From Octopus vulgaris (taxonomy: Eukaryota), in contig OX597818.1 in the NCBI GenBank assembly GCA_951406725.2, positions 128,154,001-128,218,000 of the forward strand: a DNA stretch of 64,000 bases, read 5' to 3'. Below, piece by piece: positions 26,707 to 36,943 of this stretch (its first letter is position 1; the number at the start of each line of letters is the position of its first letter). The notes below the pieces were generated by a model that had not been told where the DNA came from, did not search any database, and was given only the letters and a program-made list of their open reading frames with translations. The translations under genes were made by a program, and so were the position numbers.

Positions 26707-29245
26707 TGGAAATTGGGAAATGATTAATGACGAGCGATGTCGAGAAGTGACTCAAGAAGACTATGGTAGTGCCTGGAAACAACATGATGGAGACACAACA
26801 TCAATTGTACTGCATCCATGGCCTCATGGTAACAACTTTCAAGAACAGCAGCCACATTCCCATCAAGTGCTACAGAAAAATAAGCATGCTGGTCTTGCGA
26901 ACACTTCTAATTTGTCAATTATTGGTGGTGTTCTTGACAGTACACTATCAGGACACAACAACCCAGGTATTTCTCATCCTTCGCTTCAACATTATCATTC
27001 AGAACAAGAAAAGCAACAGTCTCAATTTACTGAGAATCACATTCAGGTGCAAGATGGTTCTGTACGGCATTTTGGTGATCAAACTCAAATATACAATACC
27101 TATAATGTTGATATCAAATCCCAGACTCATATCTCAAATAACCAAACTGATCCCAACCAATCTTCCCAACCATGTCATCTACAGCAATATACTGACTTAA
27201 ATCACACTCAGTCTCAACCAAACGGTTCTTCGTTTGGTGCTTCTAAAGTAAAATATTATTACCCTGCAAGCTTTGGTAAAGAAGGTATTTTAGAGGTTGA
27301 AAGGGCTTTGCAACCTGTTCCTCCTGAAGAAGTACTGACTCAAGGTTTCCGCATAAATATAAAGCGATGTGATATGGCTACTTTAGTTGGGGCCAACTGG
27401 CTCAATGATGAAATCATCAATTTTTACATGAATATTATTGTTCAAAGAAGTAAAATAGATGGCTATCCTTCAGTCTACATTCCAAGCACATTCTTCTTTC
27501 CCATGGTTATGAAACGAGGCTATAATGGTGTAAGGCGGTGGACCAAAAATGTAGACATATTTGATCATGATTTAATGCTGATACCAATTCATTTGGAGAG
27601 TGAAAATCATTGGACTCTCATAGCTGTTGATTTCCTTCAGTCTAGTATCTGCTATTATGACAGTTATTTACAAGACAGGGATGATGCTATGGATGCAATT
27701 CTTAATTATTTGAGAGAAGAAATGAAAACCAAAAAGAATATTGAAATGGACACCAACTGTTGGGTGAAAGTGAATATGAAGAATATACCACTTCAAGAAA
27801 ACATGTCTGATTGTGGTGTCTTCAGTTGTATTTATGCCGAGTACATCAGCCGAGGAGACAAAATGGATTTTACTCAAGAAGATATGCCCTATTTCCGACG
27901 GAAAATGGTTTATGAAATTCTTAATCATAAAATAGTTAATCACAGTCCAAGGGATCTTGAGAATATGATTTCTGATGACCTTTTAGACGATATTACTTCC
28001 GCAAATGAAAATGGTCATATTCTGACACCAGATATTGCCACAGCCGTGATCCAAAATGGTCTACCTGACAATTTCCAGGGTCCTACAAAGGTTAGTGAGG
28101 AGGCTATGGGCTTAGCTGCTGTTTCAAAAGACACAGAAGGAGTCAGAGACGTTGAAAAGACCCAGAATGGTTCTACAGGTGGAGAAATGGAAGAAAAGGC
28201 TTCACCTGCAGAAGCAGGTGAAGAAACTAGTAGAAAACATAAAACCAATTTGATCTCTGAAATTAAAAGAATTGTCAGTCTCTTTGATGATGTCAGTGAA
28301 GAAAAGAGAAATCTACTTGAGAGTCAACTCTTTCAGTTGCTCAGAGAAAATCTGCAGAATTCTAACCAGAAAGCCAAGAAATTTAAAATCAGGCATAATG
28401 ATCTTGCAAGCATAATGTCAGTGATTGAAAAGCATTCAGGGGAAAATTCTGAGAGTGATGAATTAAATAGTGTCAGTGATGACAGTGCCAGTAGTAGTAC
28501 TGTCAGCAGTAGTTCTAGAACTACCACCAGTAGTACTGTTTCAAGTGATAAAGGAATAAAAAGCTCTGATGACACTGAAGTTTCAAGCCTTTCTGATAAT
28601 TCAGAAGAGTCAGGTTTGTTTAATATTATGAAGGAAATGGAGAAATTGTTTCTTTCTTTGGCTGCTTTTGTACGAATTATTTGCAAAACTGACCAAGAAC
28701 TGTTGAAAGGCAAAGCGGGAGAAGCGTCCAGTCGATCAAATTCTGTGATAAAAGGGATTAGCTACATTACGTCTAAACTAGAAAACATAAACCAAAGGTT
28801 GAAGAGTCAATCTATTCTGAAAACTGCTGCACAGCAACACATGACATCTCAGCATGACAGAAAAACATCCAAAAAATGTATGTCGCAACGTTTAGTGATC
28901 CAGAAAAAATCGAGGAGAAATGAAAGGGACATTATGAAAACCAAACATTGTTTGAGAAATAGCGTTACATTTTCAAACCAAGTTGGCAGTGAGGAGGACA
29001 TCTCCAATGATGAAACTACTGAAGCGAGACTTTTTACCAGCGCAGCAAAAAACCTTGGCATCAGTCTTGAAAGTGGAGCTTATTTGAAAAAGCTTCACTT
29101 ACGAAAAAACTTATTGAAAAAATTTCCATTGCCAGCAGATGTATTTGATTTGAATTGCCAGTTGCAGGACAAAGCTCACAAGCAACATGCATTCAAAAGC
29201 ATGGTGCGGTCAGATCATTGTAAAAAAGGAAAAAAGAAAAAGTAA
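26707..29245 (+). CDS. Intronless sentrin/SUMO-specific protease (Ulp1/peptidase C48, SENP1/2-like), nested in the NOL9 intron; ORF open from 26618
   Basis: Motifs WLNDEIINFYMN, VRRWTKNVDIF, IPIHL..HW, YYDS, QENMSDCGVF and FTQEDMPYFRRKMVYEIL. Catalytic His (27608), Asp (27659), Cys (27812) and oxyanion Gln (27794) are intact, with SENP1-like H-x16-D and Q-x5-C spacing. Acceptor ttttttattggcag| at 26706. Confidence 0.92.
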
Positions 29246-30054
29246 ACTCTTACACACTCACAAAAAAAAAAAAGAAAAAAGAAAGAAAAAATATCATTTA
29301 CCTGTCTGTCTACCTTTCTATCATCTGATTTTTCAAATTTTCATTGAGTTACTTTCTCATACTTCATTAATAGGCATACAGAAACACACATATACATATG
29401 CATGCATGCATACATACGTAAATACCTGTCAGCATCTTTTATACCTTGCAATCAACTAAATTGCTTATGATAATCTGAAAATACAGCAAAAGATGTACAC
29501 AAGTAGTCTAGGTCTGTTCATTTTTATACATGCAGAATTGGAAAACAAAATGAGCAGCTTTAAAATCATTTCAAAGCTCTTTAAATTCAATGTTAGTTTT
29601 GTCTGTTTTCTCTCTCTCCTATGTCCCATTACCACTGCCTCCGTCGCTGCTGTCGACCAGCAAGATCAACACTTACCACCATCACTTCCTTTCCTTCCAC
29701 TGTCAGCAACTCTTTGATTTCTTTGTCTTGTTTTGCTCATGAAACCCCATTTCTGCTGCTATTGTTGCAATGACATACTGTTCTCTGTTGAGTTCTTTGT
29801 AACAATCAAACCATTAAGCCCACTAAGACAGACATTGTAGGGAAATGTAAAAGATCTGTACCACGTCTCTTTCGTCGTTTGATGCAAAATGCATGGTAGT
29901 TTCTCTTACTCCAAAGACCATTGATGAAACAAAGTCAACTAGATGCTTTTTGATTGGCATATTGTTCATTTACTTTTCATTTATCCGAAACTTTTTTTTT
30001 TTGATTCCCTCTCTGATAGAAAGTTTTTAGTTAAAGAATGTACTATGAAAAAAG

Positions 30055-31378
30055 GCTGGATTTCAAATCGGGACACCCACAAAATTTGGATTTCTCCATT
30101 TTGATGAGGAGATTATTATTATTATCATATTTTAAAAATCACTATAGCCTTTAAAATGATGTGCTTTTTATGAAAAAAAATTTTGAAAATTTATGCTTTT
30201 TCCATCACCCCTTCACTACTTCTATCCAAACAGGTTTTGACCAATCTTTTTTGCACTACACACTTAAAAACAAAGGAAGAAGCCTTTTTGGTAAAAAGTG
30301 GTTTAAGTAAGATTTAGCATTTGTTTCTAGCACACCCTACGACTACCTGGTACCTTACTTGTTTCACCTTGACACCATGTGTGTGTGTGTGAGAAAAAGT
30401 ATATTTACCAAAAATAAAAAAGTTTAATGAAAAACAAAAATTTTGAAAATTTAATTTTTTTCAATCCTTCCCTCCATTTGTTTTCTGCTTATAATTTTGA
30501 AATATTGGAGAGCCTGAGAAGGCCATTGCTGGGATTTATCCACAGTGATTAAAAAAAGTGTGTAGTTTTAAGGGCGATATAGCTGTTTCTAGCACATCGT
30601 ACAAACTTTTTGGCATCTTCCTCATTTCTTTGCCATTCTGATATGTATTGATGTTTTTCAATATTTTTGTACCCATAGACATTTTATAGTATGGTGATCC
30701 ATTTCTGGGATTTAAGCAACAAAATAATTTGTAATTAAAATTTTTACTGCAGCCCTCTTCCACCCTGCACCAAGCAAGTTTGCATGTGTAAGGAAAGACT
30801 TTTGCTAACAGAAAAGAATGTTATTAAAATAAATTCTTTTACATACCCTTTTTTTTTTTTTTTAAATCACTGGATAAATCCCAGCAATGATCTTTTCAGG
30901 CTCTCCAATATTTTGAATTGATAAACAGAAACAAACAAGGGCGTTGAAAAAAAATTATTAATTTTCAAACGTTTTTTTCTTTTAATAACAGACTTTTCTG
31001 TTCTTAAATGCTTTTTCTTACATGTAATTTCGCTTGGCGCTAAGCTTGGGTGGAGAAGAAATGAGGAAGGTATCGGTGGGTTGTAGGGTGTACTAAAAAC
31101 AACTAAATCTCTTAATTCATACACCTTTTCTTCTGGAATTTTTTTTTTTTTTCAAACTGAAAAGTCTCCTCCCATTGTCTTAAAAAGTGTGCAATGCCAA
31201 AAAAAAAAAAAAAATTGACCAAAATCAGTTTGATTGTGGAAAGAAAGTGGGTATGAGGAAAACCATAAATTTTCAAAAAAAAAAAAAATTAAGGCTGTGG
31301 TGAAAAAAAGAAATTTAGAAAAATCACTGTCAAAACAGAAAATCTAACTTAGGTGGGTGTCCTGATTCGGAACTCTGC
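30055..31378. mobile_element. 1.3-kb non-autonomous DNA element with long imperfect TIRs (Mutator/fold-back-like)
   Basis: The ends are inverted copies (..aatcgggacacccac / gtgggtgtcctgatt..) extending >200 bp inward, flanked by tgaaaaaag/tgaaaaaaa direct repeats. Confidence 0.7.
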
Positions 31379-32173
31379 TGAAAAAAATAAATTTAGGGAA
31401 AGCATTTTGATTAAAAGTATGTATAACAGAAAAAAATGAGAGGTTATGGATTAGGTTATAAGGAAGCATACATACTCAATGAAGAAATAATAAATGTTTT
31501 TCTTTTTTTTTTTTTAATTTTCATTTGTTGTCTGCAATTGGAAGTCTTGCTCTGCTTTCTTGAGTTCTACATTATCAATTACTTCATTTCTTCATATTTC
31601 TTATGCTTCTTACCACATTGTCAATTCAATTCAGTTATTTCTGTGTTGCCTCTTGTTATTTATTTGTTTTTTTTTCTCTTTTTTTTTTTAAATACATACA
31701 ACAAATAAAGTTATTTTCATGTTAATGTCTGATGCAAATGACTTTTACTACTGTCTATATCGCCATACTATAATGTCCAGTATATTTATTACATATCAAG
31801 AACATGAATTATATGTAGTGAGAATGCTAGATGTGAAAACTTGATTAAAAGAGAGAAACTGTTGCCTTAGATGGACACAGGGCTCTGTCTATATGATGTT
31901 CCTTATCTGGAGAAAATATGGTATTTAAGCTTTTTATGAAGAATTGCTGAATTTCAGGCTGCGACTCAGAGGTTTTCTCTGTATTAAATAGATATAACCA
32001 CAGTAAACTGGCATTCAAATATCTTATCTGCATGATCAGTTGATCAAACTTACCTGTGGACTGTATGTTGTTGACACAAGCCATCACCATTTCTCTTGAA
32101 TTCCAAATCTAACACCGTCTTCATTTTTCAGCTGTGCCAGTACTAAGAGCTGTATAACCAGTTCCAGTCGTCT

Positions 32174-32395
32174 TTAACCCTTTAGCATACAGATTACTCT
32201 GTCAGATGTAATGTTTATTTATTCAGTGTTTTGAATTAATCATGCATTATCTCATAGCTTTGAGGTTTTGGTAATGTGATTGCTTATTTCTAGAATGACA
32301 TTGTAGGGTAGGTGTGAGAAACTTGATTTGGACGGTTTGGAAATAAAACAGAATATTTGGGCCAGATAAAGCCAGTTTAGATGCTAAAGGGTTAA
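32174..32395. mobile_element. TTAA-flanked piggyBac-type MITE
   Basis: TTAA-CCCTTTAGCAT ... ATGCTAAAGGG-TTAA; same internal sequence as copies at 50578, 53349, 53938 and 57002. Confidence 0.8.
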
Positions 32396-34569
32396 ATGAA
32401 GGCTAAACAGTTGTGTGACTGGACTGTACCCATGAGATTTTGTTGATCTATATAAATTTTAACTCTCCTGTTAAAACTGATACATTCTTTACAGCTTGTT
32501 GGTCTGAAAGAAAATGTGTGTTAATGAAGAGTAGTAACAATAATAATACAATCTTTGTACTGTGTTGATCAACTGCTCACTGTTTTGCACATATTTTAGT
32601 CATCCATCCATTTATTATGTTAGTCTACTATGTGAACAATGTATTAATCCAAAATACAATTCCGAGAAAGTATTTATTAAGGACAAATCAGAGAATTTTT
32701 TCGTTTTTTTTTTTTTTTTTTTGTTATTTTCACGTTAATGTCTGATGCAAATGACTTTTACTACTAAATTGTATTTAGGTAGCTTTGAGAGAGCAACAGG
32801 TGTTTTGCTCAAAGATAATTAAGGGACTTTCATCCGTACTTTAATCTGAACATTGTATACCATGAAAACTACAAATCTTTTTATTATGTAGCTGTAAAAC
32901 CTGAAAATAAGTTGTCAGAGCAGTAATAATACTTCATTTACAGTCTTTACAAATGTTGGGGCTACAAAATATGCTATAATTTCTCATTGCACCTAACCAA
33001 AACTGCATTACAGAGGTTAGTTAGGGTGTCTCTTCAAAGCCATGAAATATGTAATCTCTGAATAGCTGTCATGCTTTTCCTAAACAACAAATGCATACTA
33101 TCATACATTTAGATCAGAGCATCTTTGTCCGTTCATGCAATCACTCCAGTCTCAAAAAGAGAGGAGTTGAGAACACAACAGATTTGAAAATTAATGCACC
33201 TCAATTTGTTTGCTTTTCTTTTTTTGTTAATGCCTGGACAGAGGAGCTATGTACATTGCCTGTGCAAACCCTCTAAAACTGGTAAGATGTTCCTATTAGC
33301 TATGTGAAAGTTGTTGTGGATGCAAGAGGGTTGATATATGGAGGAAGACTCGGGTGTGGTAGTGCAGGTTCTGGTAAGATGTGGGGGATTTTTTCTGTTG
33401 CTGTCACAATCTTTGAAGATTGAAAATCAAATGAAAATTTTCAAATTTGGTATATTGATATAATTTTTCATGTTGAATCTGATGTTATTCACTTGTTCCT
33501 TAAAATTGTTTAGAAAAATGTTACAGAGGTTTAAAGTTTTATTTTTACCCAATCAGAAAACAGGATTTGGAAGTTGGCATTTTGTGCATGATAGCTGTCT
33601 AGTACATTACGATGACAATGAAAGCAATATATTACCATGACAAAAATTGTAAGAAGTTTTGAAATTTTCATAAGTTTAAATGAATAAAGTTATGTGAAAT
33701 GTTGGAACAGGCAGTGTAGAGGGGAAAATCCTCAATGAAATTTTTTTTGCAAAAAAAAAAAATTGTTAAATTGCCAAAAAAAAGACAAAAAAAACCTGTT
33801 ATACTACTGTACTTCAGGTCATGTAAACAATACATTTTGTTACAAAAATTTGAAAACGGAGGTTTGCGATAGACTCTAGGAGTTACCCAAAGAAATAATT
33901 TTCATATCTGCTGCATCATAAACTCTGGTGGGTCCCACATTGTTATTCATTTTATACTAACCCATGTGCTTTCCACTTGTGTATGGGAACCATCAATTTT
34001 GGGAGTGTGAGAGTAGGCCCTCCACAAGTTACAGAAAGTTGTTGTTCCTGGAAGAATCGATCGACATATGCATTTCTCTAGTGCAGTGGCTCTCAACTAG
34101 GGTCCACATAGTCCCAGAATTTCCATGAGATTTTGGGGGTCCATGCAACAAAATAGTAAATTAGAGCTCCATAAGAGTATTTTTAAGGGCTCCTGAAAAA
34201 ATTTGCTTTAGATGTATGTATTGCAAAAAACAGCTAGGTTTCTTTCTCTAACACATTACATAGTTCAAGGAAATTTCTTTAAAACTAGTTTTTTAAACAT
34301 TGAATAGTTATGGGGTTCCACCAGAATAGAATAGAAATCAAAGGGGTCCGTTGGTCAGAAATGTCCTCATATATGTGCTCAAGTGCGTGAATATTATGTT
34401 GGTGAGCACAGTAGTGCTAACATTGACATGATGACTGGCTATTCTGCATTTTTGAAGACTTGTTGAATATATTACCTAGGAAATGGTGAGAGAAAGAACA
34501 TCTGGTTGTAAAATCCTGCCTCAAAATCTGTTCTCATCCAAGCCATGCTTGGAACAATATATATATATA

Positions 34570-34964
34570 GGAGTGGTTGTGTGGTAAGTAGCTTGTTTAC
34601 CAACCACATGGTTCCGGGTTCAGTCCCACTGCGTGGTACCTTGGGCAAGTGTCTTCTACTGTAGCCTTGGGCTGACCAAAGCCTTGTGAGTGGATTTGGT
34701 AGACGGAAACTGAAAGAAGCCTGTCATGTATGTATATATATATATGTGTGTGTGTGTCTGTGTTTGTCCCCCCTAGCATTGCTTGACAACCGATGCTGGT
34801 GTGTTTACGTCCCCGTTACTTAGCGGTTTGGCAAAAGAGACCAATAGAATAAGCACTGGGCTTACAAAAGAACAAGTCCCGGGTTCGAGTTGCTCGATTA
34901 AAGGCGGTGCTCCAGCATGGCCGCAGTCAAATAACTGAAACAAGTAAAAGTGTAAAAAAGAGAG
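34570..34964 (+). mobile_element. tRNA-derived CORE-type SINE (family A)
   Basis: Head ggagtgg.tgtgtggtaag...gggttcagtccc (A/B boxes), CORE-like accttgggcaagtgtctt, central (TA)/(TG) repeat, and gtaaaaga tail. Confidence 0.85.
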
Positions 34965-34984
<20 letters not shown>

Positions 34985-34995
<11 letters not shown>

Positions 34996-35913
34996 TAGAG
35001 AATGCACAAACAAAACATGTGGTATCACTTTAGAGCATTTAATTTGTAAGTGCCGGTGGCATGTAAGAGAACTTTCCGTTTCGCGACCGTTGCCAGCACC
35101 GCCCCGTTTCGTGTCCGTTGCCAGCCTCGCCTGGCCCTCGTGCCGGTGGCACAAAAAGCACCATCCGTTCGTGGCCGTTTGCCAGCTCTGTCTGGCACCA
35201 GTGCGGGTGGCACGTAAAAAGCACCCACTACACTCACGGAGTGGTTGGCGTTAGGAAGGGCATCCAGCCGTAGAAACACTGCCAGATTTGACTGGGCCTG
35301 ATGAAGCCTTCTGGCTTCACAGACCCCAGTAGAACCGTTCAACCCATGCTAGCATGGAAAACGGACGCTAAACGATGATGATGATGATGATGAGTACTGA
35401 GTAATTACAATAAATATGTAAAGTCTCTTACAGCAGGTTCTAGAATAGCCAAGTGTGTAGAATATATGTTATTGAGCAAGGATTTCTATGTAAGCTAACT
35501 ATTCTGTCATTGGTGAGAGAGGGAGAGAGTGATAATGAATATCCTTAATCAAGGATATTTGTAGTTACCAAATTGTTGAAGAACTATCTTAAACTCAGTA
35601 AGGATTTCATAAATTCTTCAATCATGGAACTACCAACCACTATAATCTTTATACTTAGATCTTCAATTTGGTAACTACTAATGTCCTTAATTAAGGATAT
35701 TCTCTATTTCTCTCTCTCTCTGATGACAGTCTAGTTAGCTTACATGAAATCCTTGCTCAATAACTTGTTCCACAAGTTTAGCTATTCTAGAAACTGCTGT
35801 AAGGGACTTTACATTTTTTTCTATAACTACAATGTACTGTTTAAATTATAAATTAAATCCTGTAAAGTGATACCACCTGTTTTGCTTGCTTATTTTCTAT
35901 TTCTAAGATATAT
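34985..35913. mobile_element. Palindromic fold-back MITE interrupted by a SINE in its left arm
   Basis: 34985-35049 plus 35393-35608 is the imperfect reverse complement of ~35640-35913 (e.g. ttattgagcaaggattt / aaatccttgctcaataa). Confidence 0.75.
35050..35392 (+). mobile_element. Family B repeat
   Basis: gtgccggtggcac subrepeats, conserved core and (GAT)n tail. Confidence 0.85.
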
Positions 35914-36794
35914 CTGTCTGCCCTACAATGATCTACATCTGACCATCTTTGAAAAGCTGCCTTGACACCAACTTTCATTCTGTTGCAGTTCAAGCTGAAG
36001 TTTTAGTGGAAAACCAAACTGAGCACTTAAAGTACATATTACATTACTTTATTAGAAGGTGGTGTCCCAGCATGGCCGCGGCCTTCAGGCTAAAACATTT
36101 TTAAGGATTTAAGGATATATATATATATAGGAAGGGCATCCAGCCGTAGAAACACTGCCAGATTTGACTGGGCCTGATGAAGCCTTCTGGCTTCACAGAC
36201 CCCAGCAGAACCGTCCAACCCATGCTAGCATGGAAAACGGACGCTAAATGATGATGATGATGATGATGATGAAATAAATGGCTAGCAAGGACACGGTACT
36301 TCATTTTATAAACATAATATACTACCAAGTATTTTAAAGGTTTACGTGTTAATATGGTCTTTTTATGATAGTATTACAATGCTTTCATTTTAACGTTTAT
36401 AAATTTTCTATAGAATTCAGAGCCAGCACTTCAAATTATGGCATTTTGTAAGTAATGTATGTATATGCATATTTCAAGAGTTATTGCTCTTTTATCAGCA
36501 TCACATCCAACCTATCAACTATCCACGAATGCATTGCTTAAATACCCACCGAATTTAATGGTCTAACACTATTGGATAGACCAGTTTAAGTATTAAATTC
36601 ATTCTTAGCAACTGGTTCATGAACATTAATTGTTAGCAAGGACAAAATTTCGTTATGTAACCATAATATTCTACCAAGTACATTGACGGTGTATGAAATG
36701 TAACTTGCAGTGTTGGCTCTTAATCCTATAGAAAATCTATAAGATCAACGCAAAAAGTACTCCATCTGGTGTGAGAAATATTTAATAAGCAATT

Positions 36795-36943
36795 TATGTT
36801 TTATGTGCTACTATTAGTTTCATGTGCTGAGAGCATGCCAGATAGTATTTTTAAATACGTCTGGTGTCTTAGATTGATGATTGTACTAGGATACCAGGCA
36901 TTTAAAAATACTGTCTGGCATGTTAGTAGCACATAAAAACATA
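36795..36943 (+). other. Long hairpin (pre-miRNA-like or small fold-back element)
   Basis: 36833-36872 pairs with 36886-36923 around a 13-nt loop; outer arms 36795-36813 pair with 36924-36943. Confidence 0.6.

Noticed and set aside
27668-29061. Antisense ORFs within the SENP CDS
   Set aside because: Shadow ORFs of a long coding sequence.
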